Of a stretch of 53,894 nt of DNA, positions 10,995 through 21,171 are shown piece after piece (the first letter of the stretch is position 1; the number at the start of each line of letters is the position of its first letter). The DNA is from Parcubacteria group bacterium Athens0714_16. Lineage in GTDB: Bacteria > Patescibacteriota > Minisyncoccia > Phycocordibacterales > 21-14-all-36-13. The DNA lies in the NCBI GenBank assembly GCA_007376805.1, contig VMGX01000001.1, forward strand, positions 136,461-190,354, given 5' to 3'. The notes under the pieces are model-generated. The model was not told where the DNA came from. It was given only the letters and a program-made list of their open reading frames with translations, and made no database searches. Position numbers and translations under genes: made by a program.

Positions 10995-12197
10995 TTAATA
11001 TCTGCTCTTTCTTTCTACTATCATCACTGGTCCATTAGATAATTGAGCGGTTTTAAAAGCTTTTAATACATCAACTCCGGTCACGGGGTCAAAAATTGGA
11101 AAATTTACTAATTTTCTAAATCCTTTTGTAAAATCTTGTGAATGTGTTGGACCTGAATAAAAAGGACCTGAATCGGCTACAATTGCCCTTATTATTACTG
11201 GAACTTTATACTCACCATGAGAAATCCTTTCAATTTTGTCTATGTGATTAACAATCGCATCAGCAGCCACTAGTATAAAATCCTGTCTTTCAAAATATAT
11301 TACTGGGGTAAATTTTTCAAAAGACATACCTATAGCCAACCCCGATATAAGATTTTCTGCAACGGGTGTCTCTATTTTCTGTTCATCTGGAACATCTTTT
11401 AATGTTCCCATAGCATCTCCTCTTTTTACGTTATACCCCACAAAAATAGCACCATTTTTACCGAGTTCTGTCATAGATTGAATTATTGCATCCTTATATG
11501 TTATATCCATTCCATCTAATTCATCAAAAGAAGGAAATATTTGCGGTTTCAACAACGGAAAATATTCTTCGTCTGTTTTTATAACCGCTTTTGATAAATC
11601 AATCACTCCTGGTTTTCTCGCATGTGGGTAAGAAATATTATAACTATATTTAATAACAGACGGAGAATCCCACTTGTATTCCGCCATTTTCCCCCACCTT
11701 TCTTCATTAGTTGCTTCTACTGATCTATTGTTGTTTTCAATAACAAAGGTGCAAGGAAGTTCAAAACCGTCTACGTACCGCACAGCTTCAAAAAGATGTC
11801 CCGAATCTTCATTTGCATCACCAACAAAACACCACACTCTTTGTTTCGATTTCTTTTTTTTAAGAGCCAAAGCAATACCTGCAGCTATAGCTGGAGTACC
11901 CCCAATAATAGCCGAGCAAAAGAAATTCTTCTCTCTATCATAGATAAACATGCTTCTTCCATTCAGTATTCTTTCTTTCAGTATCTCTGGCGAAATGCCA
12001 TGTAATAAAGCATGGTAGTGACTTCTATGATTTGATATAACATAATCCCCTTCTTTTATGTCTCTAAAAATATTAATCAATTGTTCCTCATTTCCACCAG
12101 ATAAATGAAAAAGAAATGGCAATTTATTGTCCATATATAGATCCCCTATTTCATTTTCAAAAGCTATTAACTCTTCTTTGGTCCATTGTTTTCTCAT
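10995..12197 (-). CDS. Thiamine-diphosphate-dependent enzyme, fused E1 alpha/beta-like (dehydrogenase E1 + transketolase pyrimidine-binding domain)
   Basis: The N-terminal half has IIGGTPAIAAGIALA ... CFVGDANEDSGHLFEAVRYVDGFELPCTFVIENNNRSV (a TPP-binding GDG...NN motif). The C-terminal half has TPVAENLISGLAIGMS ... FERQDFILVAADAIVNHI ... GPTHSQ (E1-beta/Transket_pyr-like). Only about 400 aa in total. Confidence 0.7.
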   Translation of the reverse strand: MRKQWTKEELIAFENEIGDLYMDNKLPFLFHLSGGNEEQLINIFRDIKEGDYVISNHRSHYHALLHGISPEILKERILNGRSMFIYDREKNFFCSAIIGGTPAIAAGIALALKKKKSKQRVWCFVGDANEDSGHLFEAVRYVDGFELPCTFVIENNNRSVEATNEERWGKMAEYKWDSPSVIKYSYNISYPHARKPGVIDLSKAVIKTDEEYFPLLKPQIFPSFDELDGMDITYKDAIIQSMTELGKNGAIFVGYNVKRGDAMGTLKDVPDEQKIETPVAENLISGLAIGMSFEKFTPVIYFERQDFILVAADAIVNHIDKIERISHGEYKVPVIIRAIVADSGPFYSGPTHSQDFTKGFRKLVNFPIFDPVTGVDVLKAFKTAQLSNGPVMIVERKSRY

Positions 12198-12203
12198 ATT
12201 TAT

Positions 12204-13238
12204 TTACATGTTAATTATTATTCTACCAGCTTGACCTTTTTTTACTAAATCAATTGCATCATTAATTTGTTCTAATTTCATTTTATGACTGATTATATTA
12301 TCAATCTTCAATATGCCAGCTTTGTGTAAAGAAATATATCGCTTTATATCTTCACTAGGAGAAAATTGACCTCCTTGTGTTGCCTTTATTGATTTACCAC
12401 TACCATCAAATAAATGATTGGCATTTTTCAGTTCTATACTTTCACCCGGTTTTAATTGCCCTACCAAGATATACCTCCCTTTCCCAGAAAGAAGAGGAAT
12501 TGTTTCTTCTAAACTTTTCTTGTTACCAGAAGTATCAATGATAACGTCAACTCCTTTTATTCCAAATTTGTTTTGAAGTGTTTCTTGTATGTTTTCTTCT
12601 TTACAATTTATATAAAAATCGACTCCAAGAGTTTTACATACTTCTCTTTTGTTTTCATGTATATCAACACCTATTATTGGTGAGGCGTTAAATAATTGTG
12701 CTGCATTTATAAGATTAATTCCCAGTCCACCAATACCAATTATCATAACACTCTCCCCCATTTTTAAATTTGTTTCATTTTCTATCGTCCCAAGGGCTGT
12801 TGATAAACCACACCCTAAAAGAGCACACAATTCGTTTGGAGTATCTTGAGGAACCGATGTAATTCTGTTTTCTGACGAAATAGAATATTCACTAAGAGTA
12901 GTAATCTTGCCACCTCCAATTGTTTTTCCGTTATAAATATACTTTGGAAAATCTGACTCAATTCCATCACCTTTTCTCCAGTGCATAACTACCTTGTCTC
13001 CAACCTTTACTGTTGTAACACCAGAACCAATCTTTTCCACAATCCCACATCCTTCGTGACCCAAAAGATGAGGAACATATTTTACATTATTCTTATGACC
13101 TGCTATTTCTTGTAATTGAGCCCCACAGATTCCACTCACTAAAACTTTGACCAAGACTTGACCTACCAACAAATCGGTAAGTTCTACATTAGCTATTACT
13201 AGTGGTTCGTTTATTTTCTCTAAAATTGCAGCTTTCAT
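12204..13238 (-). CDS. Zinc-dependent medium-chain alcohol/polyol(-phosphate) dehydrogenase
   Basis: GICGAQL, the Zn signature GHEGCGIVEKIG, and the Rossmann motif IIGIGGLGINL. Confidence 0.85.
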   Translation of the reverse strand: MKAAILEKINEPLVIANVELTDLLVGQVLVKVLVSGICGAQLQEIAGHKNNVKYVPHLLGHEGCGIVEKIGSGVTTVKVGDKVVMHWRKGDGIESDFPKYIYNGKTIGGGKITTLSEYSISSENRITSVPQDTPNELCALLGCGLSTALGTIENETNLKMGESVMIIGIGGLGINLINAAQLFNASPIIGVDIHENKREVCKTLGVDFYINCKEENIQETLQNKFGIKGVDVIIDTSGNKKSLEETIPLLSGKGRYILVGQLKPGESIELKNANHLFDGSGKSIKATQGGQFSPSEDIKRYISLHKAGILKIDNIISHKMKLEQINDAIDLVKKGQAGRIIINM

Positions 13239-13350
13239 ATTTAAGATAATTTTAATTAATTATAGTTATATATTTTTATATTAATCACAGATATAATAAA
13301 TGTTATACTAAGTTAAAATATGGGAGTAATCTTATATTAAAAAGTAAAAT

Positions 13351-14625
13351 ATGTCTACAATAATATTATATCACCACCTAGGTCTGGGCGATCACATTAT
13401 GTGTAGTGGAATCGTCCGAGAATATTGTAAAAAATATGACCGAGTGGCTATTTTTTCAAAATCTCATAATTATCCAACTGTATCATTTATGTATCGAGAT
13501 CTGAAAAATATCACTGTCATCAAGGGAGATGACGCGTTTGCAAGGAAATTTATATCCGATAATACATCCAAGTTCAGCAGAGATAAATACGATCAAGTAA
13601 GGCTGTTGGGATTTCAACATTTGGATAGACACTCGGGTATTCCTCTTGAATGGCAATTCCATCAGATTGCTGGTGTTCCATTTGAAAAAAAGTGGAGTAA
13701 TTTTTTCATCAAGAGAGACTTTGAAAAAGAACAAAGGTTTTTTGAACAAGTCGCCCCTCAAAGAGAATATGTATTTTTACACGAGGATGTCTTGCGAAAA
13801 TGTATTATCAAAAGGAAGCTAATCAACAAGGATTACATTATATTTACTCCAGACATAAAATTTACAAATAACATTATTGACTACTGCACTATCATTGAAA
13901 AAGCAAAGGAAATACATGTCATTGATTCTTCGTTTATGTTCTTGATCGACTGTCTCCCCTACAATAATCCAAATCAAAAACTCTATGTTCATCGATATGC
14001 ACGAGAAAATAATGAGTGGCAACTTCCAATCCTCAAAAAAGATTGGCATATATTAATTACAGAACCCAGTAGGCTCGACCCATTAAAAAATTTTCTGGAA
14101 CGGTTTTCTAATTTTAAAATGCCAATCCTAAGACAATTATTTTTTAAAAGAGTTATACGTAAAATATTTCGGACGATGGGTTGGATTATGGGTAGACCAA
14201 AGCAAACTAATGTAATCGCCCTTATTAGACGGTATGTGCCAGGAAAATCGTTTATTGTTATTTCTCCAGAAAAAGATAAAAATAATATGTATGTATCAAC
14301 CGCCAAGATAATGGGCACAACAAAAGCGACGATTGTTGATTTAAATACTGAAGAAAAGATTACCCCGGCTGATATTATATTTTGTTCTAGTATATTCTCT
14401 GAGAATTCTAATCCACTTGATTTATTTAAGAAACTGCGTTTGATAACAAATCAGATCCTCATTTTCAATACTACTTCTATTTTGAAAACATCAAATAAAA
14501 AAACGAAAGGTTTTATATCAAATGATATTAAATCAATGCTTATGCAGACAGGATTTGAAATACGAGAAGAACATATCTTACCTCTTGATGCATGTTTTGT
14601 ATGCCGAGCAATTTTAATTAAATAA
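13351..14625 (+). CDS. Hypothetical protein in glycan locus
   Basis: Long intact ORF with its own AT-rich upstream region. The N-terminal IILYHHLGLGDHIM is vaguely GT9-like, but no family could be assigned. Confidence 0.5.
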   Translation: MSTIILYHHLGLGDHIMCSGIVREYCKKYDRVAIFSKSHNYPTVSFMYRDLKNITVIKGDDAFARKFISDNTSKFSRDKYDQVRLLGFQHLDRHSGIPLEWQFHQIAGVPFEKKWSNFFIKRDFEKEQRFFEQVAPQREYVFLHEDVLRKCIIKRKLINKDYIIFTPDIKFTNNIIDYCTIIEKAKEIHVIDSSFMFLIDCLPYNNPNQKLYVHRYARENNEWQLPILKKDWHILITEPSRLDPLKNFLERFSNFKMPILRQLFFKRVIRKIFRTMGWIMGRPKQTNVIALIRRYVPGKSFIVISPEKDKNNMYVSTAKIMGTTKATIVDLNTEEKITPADIIFCSSIFSENSNPLDLFKKLRLITNQILIFNTTSILKTSNKKTKGFISNDIKSMLMQTGFEIREEHILPLDACFVCRAILIK

Positions 14626-14634
14626 CAAAAGTTT

Positions 14635-15537
14635 ATGAAATTTTCAATAATTACACCTGTATATAACGGAGAAAGATATATTAGAGAAACAATTGAAAGT
14701 GTTTTTTCTCAAAATGGAAATTTTGAAATTGAATATATTATTGTTGATGGTGGATCTTCAGATAAAACAATTGAAATAATAAAGGAATATGAAGAAAAAT
14801 TAAAAAATAATAACTTCCCTTTAAAATGCAGAAGTTTTGATTTAAAATGGATGTCAAAAAAAGATAGTGGTATGTATGACGCAATAAATAAAGGATTCAA
14901 AATGGCAACAGGAGATATTTTTGCATGGATAAATCATGATGATAAATATAAATTGGGTGTATTTGAAATTATTTCAAAAACATTTCAAAAATTTCCAAAA
15001 ATAAGTTGGTTAAAAGGTACTACCTCATACATAAATTCAAGTGGTAAACTAACAAGCTCTGGATTATGTATGGTATATAATCAAAATTGGCTTTCTATGG
15101 GCGTTTATGGGAGAAATGCCTATTTTGTCTATCAAGATAGTGTGTTTTGGAAAAGAGAATTATGGAATAAAATTGGTGAAATACCTACTGAATATAGATT
15201 TGCAGGTGATTATTGGCTTTGGATAAATTTTGCTAAATATGAGAAACTTTGGACATTAAAGACAGACACAAGTTTTTTTAGAAAAAGAGACAAACAGCTA
15301 AGTTCAGATATGAAAAAATATCGAGAAGAACAAATGAAAATATCTCTTGAGAAAGGACTTTTGAATTTAAAAATAAAAATCTATTTCTGGATTAAGTCAA
15401 AATTAAAAAAGAGATGGCAAAATAAAATTATGATATTGTTGTATAAATTGATATTTTGGAATATAAATAGAGATTATGTTGATTTAAACTCAACCAATAC
15501 ACCAATAATGAAAAAAATAAACTTTTATATATGTTAA
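14635..15537 (+). CDS. Glycosyltransferase family 2
   Basis: FSIITPVYNGERYIRETIESVFSQ ... EYIIVDGGSSDKT ... NHDD. Confidence 0.8.
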   Translation: MKFSIITPVYNGERYIRETIESVFSQNGNFEIEYIIVDGGSSDKTIEIIKEYEEKLKNNNFPLKCRSFDLKWMSKKDSGMYDAINKGFKMATGDIFAWINHDDKYKLGVFEIISKTFQKFPKISWLKGTTSYINSSGKLTSSGLCMVYNQNWLSMGVYGRNAYFVYQDSVFWKRELWNKIGEIPTEYRFAGDYWLWINFAKYEKLWTLKTDTSFFRKRDKQLSSDMKKYREEQMKISLEKGLLNLKIKIYFWIKSKLKKRWQNKIMILLYKLIFWNINRDYVDLNSTNTPIMKKINFYIC

Positions 15538-16301
15538 AAAAAATATTGAAAAAGATATCTTTTGTAAAAATTTCTTATTCTCTTGCAAGCGCAATAAAAA
15601 ACAAAGACTCTTTGTTTAAAAGAGTTCGTCTGACTTCTGGTTTTTTAAAAGATTATTCTAATTTTAAAAAACAAAAAGAAAATAAAAACTTTAAATTTAA
15701 AACGGAAGATCTTTATCCAAGAATATATGATAAAACTGAATCCACTCCAATTGACCCTGTTTATTTTTATCAAGACACATGGTGCGCACGAAAAATATTT
15801 GAAAACAAGCCTGCTCGCCACTACGATGTCGGCTCGAAGGCTGACCTCATTGGCACTATTTCTCAATTTATTCCTACCACCATGGTGGATATCCGCCCTC
15901 TCGAAGTCACTCTTCCCGAGCTTTCGTTCGTTAAAGGAAGCATTCTTGATCTCCATTTTAAAGACGGCGAGATAGCATCTTTGAGTTCAATCTGTGTTAT
16001 TGAACACATTGGTCTTGGTCGCTACGGTGACCCCTTTGATCCATTTGGTTCCGAAAAGGCAGCAAAGGAGCTTGTGCGTGTACTTGCTTCTGGTGGGTCG
16101 CTCTACATCTCCGTCCCTATCGACAATGAAAACAAAGTGTACTTCAACGCCCATCGCGCTTTCACTCGCGAATACATCCTTAAAATATTTTCTCCCCTTA
16201 AGCTCGTAGAAGAGAAATACATCTATGGATATAAACTTTCAGACATCTACGATCCTGCTCGAGGATTTGGCACTGGGCTCTATCATCTTAAAAAGATATG
16301 A
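15531..16301 (+). CDS. SAM-dependent methyltransferase-like protein (DUF268-like)
   Basis: HYDVGS ... SSICVIEHIGLGRYGDPFDPFGSEKAAKELVRVLASGGSLYISVPI is a class I methyltransferase core of the DUF268 type. Confidence 0.6.
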   Translation: MLKKILKKISFVKISYSLASAIKNKDSLFKRVRLTSGFLKDYSNFKKQKENKNFKFKTEDLYPRIYDKTESTPIDPVYFYQDTWCARKIFENKPARHYDVGSKADLIGTISQFIPTTMVDIRPLEVTLPELSFVKGSILDLHFKDGEIASLSSICVIEHIGLGRYGDPFDPFGSEKAAKELVRVLASGGSLYISVPIDNENKVYFNAHRAFTREYILKIFSPLKLVEEKYIYGYKLSDIYDPARGFGTGLYHLKKI

Positions 16302-17080
16302 GTAATCACATAGCACAGTCAAAAGCACGACTCATCGACTCACTGATGCTCTTTAGTTTTTTCCAAAAAACGATAGGTCGAAGATGGGTTTCACAATGGA
16401 GAAAAAAATATATACTTGCAGAACAAGAACTTTCTATTTTACCTCAAATACTAGAGAACGATGCTATTATTTTTGATATTGGAGCCAATCGGGGCGAACT
16501 CAGTTTCTTTTTTGCAACTAGCTGCAGTGCAAAAAAAGTATTCTCTTTTGAACCGCAGTATAGGATGTTTGGGATACTCCAGGGTGTCGCAGAGAATATA
16601 GAAAATATTGCACCTATCAATATTGCTCTTTCTGATTCTGTGAAAGAAAAAATTCTAAGAATCCCATTACAGGCCACCGGAAGATATACCCCCGCAGGAT
16701 CTTTCGAACAATTTTCCGAGAATAATTTAAAAGAGGAAAAAGTAAAAGTCGACACGCTTGATAATTTCGTAGTAAAAAATAATATCATTAAGATAGATTT
16801 TATAAAATGTGATACTGAGGGTCACGAGCTTGCAGTGTTCAAAGGAGCCCAAAAAACACTTACGGCACTGAGACCGCTACTCTATGTTGAAGTGAAAGGT
16901 TCGACAAAAGATTCGCTATTTGATCTACTTAAAAATAATAACTATCACCCCTATCAATGGAACTGCGCCGCTTCTCAGTTTGTTGCTGTAAAAAACGGAC
17001 GGTCCATGGAATCAGAAAATTATTATTTCTTTCCCGATGAAAAGGAGGAACGACTCATAAAGATACTTGAACGTTTATGA
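16298..17080 (+). CDS. FkbM-family methyltransferase
   Basis: IFDIGANRGELSFFFA ... FEPQ ... IDFIKCDTEGHELAVFKGA. Confidence 0.75.
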   Translation: MSNHIAQSKARLIDSLMLFSFFQKTIGRRWVSQWRKKYILAEQELSILPQILENDAIIFDIGANRGELSFFFATSCSAKKVFSFEPQYRMFGILQGVAENIENIAPINIALSDSVKEKILRIPLQATGRYTPAGSFEQFSENNLKEEKVKVDTLDNFVVKNNIIKIDFIKCDTEGHELAVFKGAQKTLTALRPLLYVEVKGSTKDSLFDLLKNNNYHPYQWNCAASQFVAVKNGRSMESENYYFFPDEKEERLIKILERL

Positions 17081-17988
17081 AAAAAATAATCGTACTAAAA
17101 CATGGCGGTGGAGAACTCACAAATCAATTGTGGAACTATATTAGTATCTACGCCTATGCCAAAGAAATAAATGCTCATGTAATAAATCCATCTTTTTTTG
17201 AATATGGATCTAATTTTAATATTAAATGTCCACTAATTTTAAATCTATTGCTTTATAAGCCATTTGCCAACTATACAAAAAGAAGGAGTGGTCTCAAAAG
17301 ACGTATATGGAGAAATGTATATAAGTTGTATATCTTTTTAATTCATATTTTCCAAAAAGGAAGTATTGTATCCTCTATAAACCCAAATAATACAGTTTAT
17401 TATCTTCCACCTTCTATCAAAAACAATCCAAAAAATACAAAAGGTTCACTTTATTTTGAAGGTTGGCTTTTTAGAAATCCTGAGGGAATAAAAAAATACA
17501 GAAAAGAAATTTTGGAATATTTCAAACCAACACCGTTGGTAGAAAAAAATATAGAGCGTTTTCTATATAAAAATAAAAATAAATATTTAATCGGGGTTCA
17601 CATACGACAGGGGGACTACAAAACATTCAAGAATGGCTGTTTCTATATAGAACAAAAAAGAATTAGAGAGATTGTGGACGAATATCTTAATTTTATTAAA
17701 AAAAGTCCTAATGAAATTGTATTTATTATTACATCTGACGGACCAATAGATGAAAAACAATTCGCAGGACTGCAATACAACATATCACACATGGGACCAG
17801 TTGAAGATTTGTTTCTATTGTCAAAGACAAAAACAATCTTGGGGTCAAATTCGAGTTTCGGAAATTTTGCTTCGTGGTATGGAAACATTCCCCATATAAT
17901 ATTCAGCAAAGAAAAAACAGATTGGAATTATTATTTAGATAAAAAAGAATATTTTAAAAATAAGTATTGCACAATGGTGCATTATTGA
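17077..17988 (+). CDS. Glycosyltransferase family 11-like (putative alpha-1,2-fucosyltransferase)
   Basis: GT11-type motifs IGVHIRQGDY and LGSNSSFGNFASWYG. Consistent with gmd/fcl in the same locus. Confidence 0.65.
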   Translation: MKKIIVLKHGGGELTNQLWNYISIYAYAKEINAHVINPSFFEYGSNFNIKCPLILNLLLYKPFANYTKRRSGLKRRIWRNVYKLYIFLIHIFQKGSIVSSINPNNTVYYLPPSIKNNPKNTKGSLYFEGWLFRNPEGIKKYRKEILEYFKPTPLVEKNIERFLYKNKNKYLIGVHIRQGDYKTFKNGCFYIEQKRIREIVDEYLNFIKKSPNEIVFIITSDGPIDEKQFAGLQYNISHMGPVEDLFLLSKTKTILGSNSSFGNFASWYGNIPHIIFSKEKTDWNYYLDKKEYFKNKYCTMVHY

Positions 17989-19115
17989 TTTATAAATTCT
18001 GTTATTGTCTTTGCTCTTTTGTCCCATGTCTGATTCATAACATGGTTATACGCATTTTGGGATAGTTTATTTTGTAAACTAACATTTTTTACTAAATCTT
18101 TGATGCCATTAGATAATTTTAAAGGATTATCCGGCTCAACAAAATAAACCATATTGTTATCTGTCACTTCTCTGATAGATGGAATATCACTAGCAATAAT
18201 AGCTCTCCGTGAAGCCATATATTCAAAAAGTTTCATTGGCGAAGTGTAATACTTTGATATTTTTTCTTTGGCAGTGTTTGGTAAAACTAAAATATCTGCA
18301 GACTTTTGCCATATTGGAATTTCTTTATGTTCTCTATGTCCTGTAAATAAAATATTTTTACTTTCAATATATTTCTTTTTAAAATCTTTAACATCATTTG
18401 GAGTGCCTCCAACAAAAACAACAAGGAAACTGTTGTCTAAATACTTGGCAGAGTCCGCTAACACATCTGCACCTTTCCAACCATACAAATGTCCTGTATA
18501 TATAACGTTTTTTTTATCTTTAGGTAAATTAAGTTTTTCTCTAGCATTTTCTTTTGAAATATCAATATCAAACATTTTTATATTTACTACGTTTGGTTGA
18601 TATAAAATCTTATTTTTTGAAACCCCAAACTTTTTTACTGCTTCATTAATTTTCCACTTGTTATGAATAAGTATCCATTTGACTTTTTTCACTAAAAGTT
18701 TGTGGAACCAAAAATTTGACTCTGGGAAATCATGCATTTCATAAAAGGTGTTTTTAAATATAAATGAAGAAATAAATAATGGCAGTGTTTCATTTGAATA
18801 AATTAAATTCTCTTTCTTTGCTTTCTTTAATAAATAGAAAAAGACACCAATTGAAAATGTTATAAAACTAATAACAAAAGCTATTTTTTTTGAAAAACTA
18901 AACAAATCAACAGTGGGAAGATACTTTATAGAAAAATTATTGGGCACGGAATAATATGAAAAAGGATCTCCCTTAAAACGACCCAACCTCCGAGGAACAA
19001 GTAAAACTACACTCCAACCTAAATTCGCAAAAGCTGAACAATTTTCAGCTGTAAATATAGAAGCTGCTTTTTCGCTCGGAAACCTACCATGAAAAATAAG
19101 AAAAAGTGTTTTCAT
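17982..19115 (-). CDS. Glycosyltransferase family 4
   Basis: VIYTGHLYGWKGADVL ... TSPMKLFEYMASRRAIIASDIPSIREV (GT-B EX7E region). Confidence 0.75.
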   Translation of the reverse strand: MKTLFLIFHGRFPSEKAASIFTAENCSAFANLGWSVVLLVPRRLGRFKGDPFSYYSVPNNFSIKYLPTVDLFSFSKKIAFVISFITFSIGVFFYLLKKAKKENLIYSNETLPLFISSFIFKNTFYEMHDFPESNFWFHKLLVKKVKWILIHNKWKINEAVKKFGVSKNKILYQPNVVNIKMFDIDISKENAREKLNLPKDKKNVIYTGHLYGWKGADVLADSAKYLDNSFLVVFVGGTPNDVKDFKKKYIESKNILFTGHREHKEIPIWQKSADILVLPNTAKEKISKYYTSPMKLFEYMASRRAIIASDIPSIREVTDNNMVYFVEPDNPLKLSNGIKDLVKNVSLQNKLSQNAYNHVMNQTWDKRAKTITEFINQ

Positions 19116-19166
19116 AAGCCATGTAATAAGGATATTATAGCAAATTTAGTGCTATATTAATATGTA

Positions 19167-20207
19167 ATGAGGTTCTGCTATATACAAACTGTACACAACT
19201 ATGCACCCGATAAATGCCTTATCAACGGGCTTCGCGAAAACGGGCATATAGTTATTGAACTCTCCGCGAAAGGTCTCGGGTTCAAAAAATACTTACTCCT
19301 TGCATGTAAGTTTCTCAACATTAAAGACGACTATGATGTTGTAATTATAGGGTACACACTCCCTCATTTTGTTCCTCTTATACGATTTCTCACTTTTAAA
19401 AAGGTAATATTCAATGCTGTCGCATCTCAATATGAAGCAAACATTATTTCGCGCGGAGACCGCAAGCCTTGGTCACTAGCCGCATTCAAGTGGCGGTTCC
19501 TTGATATTCTCTCATTCCACCTTTCATCGCGTATTCTCCTCGAAAGCAATGCACAGATCGATTTTGTACACAATCTCTTTTTTGTACCCCGAAAAAAACT
19601 TGTGCAATCATGGATTAGTGTTAATGAGAAAATATTTTTTCGCGATCTATCTGTTAAAAAATTTCCTAATTTCACCGTACTATTTCGTGGAAGATTTTTA
19701 CCAGAATCGGGAATTGACACTATCATTAGAGCAGCAAAAATTCTTGAAGATTCGAGAGTAAATTTTCTTATTATTGGTCACGGGTTTCTCTATCGTGTTG
19801 TAAACAACCTCATGAACGAACTTCACCCACAAAATATAACCATGATCCAAGAGACTTTACTTTATGATGAACTTAGAGAGAAAATGCTTTCTTGTCATGT
19901 AAGTCTTGGACAATTTGCTGACCACCCACGCCTTGCTAGGACACTACCATTCAAGCTTTATGAGAGTTTGGCACTTGGACTCCCATACCTCACCAGCAAA
20001 AGTATCGGTATCCTTCAACTTCTCGAGGATAGTAAGACGTGTATAGCAATAACTCCAAACAACCCTGCCGAACTTGCAGAAAAAATTCTTTTCCTTAAAA
20101 ATAATCCAAAAATATTGACAAAAATCGGAGAACAAGGATACAACCTCTACAAAGAAAAACTCACCTCAAAAAAACTAGCTCAAGAATTTATTGAGAATTG
20201 CTTTTAA
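19167..20207 (+). CDS. Glycosyltransferase, GT-B group 1-like
   Basis: FRGRFLPESGIDTIIRAAKIL ... PFKLYESLALGLPYLTS. An extended -10-like TGCTATATT lies at 19150-19158, 9 nt before the ATG. Confidence 0.65.
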   Translation: MRFCYIQTVHNYAPDKCLINGLRENGHIVIELSAKGLGFKKYLLLACKFLNIKDDYDVVIIGYTLPHFVPLIRFLTFKKVIFNAVASQYEANIISRGDRKPWSLAAFKWRFLDILSFHLSSRILLESNAQIDFVHNLFFVPRKKLVQSWISVNEKIFFRDLSVKKFPNFTVLFRGRFLPESGIDTIIRAAKILEDSRVNFLIIGHGFLYRVVNNLMNELHPQNITMIQETLLYDELREKMLSCHVSLGQFADHPRLARTLPFKLYESLALGLPYLTSKSIGILQLLEDSKTCIAITPNNPAELAEKILFLKNNPKILTKIGEQGYNLYKEKLTSKKLAQEFIENCF

Positions 20208-20288
20208 CAAACCAAACTTATTTTGATAGTGTTTGTATTGCATCTTTTACTAAAAACGATAAGCTATGTTTTTGAATAATAATTTCTC

Positions 20289-21167
20289 TTAATTCTTTTG
20301 ATATTTTTTTCTTTTTTTGCTTTTTGCTCTACCATATACCCCCTGCAATAAATCCAGATCTTTTTTGGTTTTAGTTAAAAGATGTTTATTTTTTTCTTCC
20401 AAACTTTTCAAAACATTTTTACCATATTTATTCCCAACAAACTCATCATACATTTTCGAAAGCATAGCAAAATCTTTTATAAAACAATGTCCGCCGGCAC
20501 CTCTGCCTGTTTTGTGAATTGGGTCTATGTGATATTTCCCAATTCTTGGATCAGCAGAAATTGCTTCTTTAACCGTTTCCCAGTTCGCGCCAGAGTTTAC
20601 AACAAGATCATAAAAAATATTAACAAAAATAATTTTTGCGTAAGACAAACAATTACCACCATACTTTATCAATTCTGCATCTCTTGAATTACAAATTAAA
20701 TTATATGGCGATTTTGGTAATATATTCATTACTTCATCGGCTCTTTTTTTATATGTATCGTTCCAAACAGGCATACCAACAATATTTCTGTCTGGGTATG
20801 CCGCATCATGAGAAGCAGTCGCTTCTGTTAAAAATTCAGGGGAATGAAAAACAAAAATATTTTTGTTTTTCTTTTGTAATTCTTCTGTTTTACCAACCGG
20901 AATTGTTGATTTAATTACAGCCGTCTTATTTTTCCCAACTAGTTTTAGTGCCTCTTTTATTATACTGTCATCAAATCCTTTTGGCGTTGTTGGTGCGGGC
21001 ACGGCTATAAAAACAATGTCACATTCTTTTATTTTTTCTTTATTGTGTTTGTGTACTTCTTCGACGGAATATCTAACAACACTAAATCCCCTATTTTCAA
21101 AGTCGTCAGAATAATTTTTACCAATATATCCCTGACCCATAAACCCAATTTTTTGTGTATATTTCAT
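20289..21167 (-). CDS. UDP-glucose/GDP-mannose dehydrogenase family protein, short form lacking the C-terminal domain
   Basis: N-terminal GQGYIG Rossmann motif and a catalytic-Cys block GRGAGGHCFIKD (compare GGxCxxKD). Only 292 aa. Confidence 0.55.
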   Translation of the reverse strand: MKYTQKIGFMGQGYIGKNYSDDFENRGFSVVRYSVEEVHKHNKEKIKECDIVFIAVPAPTTPKGFDDSIIKEALKLVGKNKTAVIKSTIPVGKTEELQKKNKNIFVFHSPEFLTEATASHDAAYPDRNIVGMPVWNDTYKKRADEVMNILPKSPYNLICNSRDAELIKYGGNCLSYAKIIFVNIFYDLVVNSGANWETVKEAISADPRIGKYHIDPIHKTGRGAGGHCFIKDFAMLSKMYDEFVGNKYGKNVLKSLEEKNKHLLTKTKKDLDLLQGVYGRAKSKKRKKYQKN

Positions 21168-21171
21168 TAAT

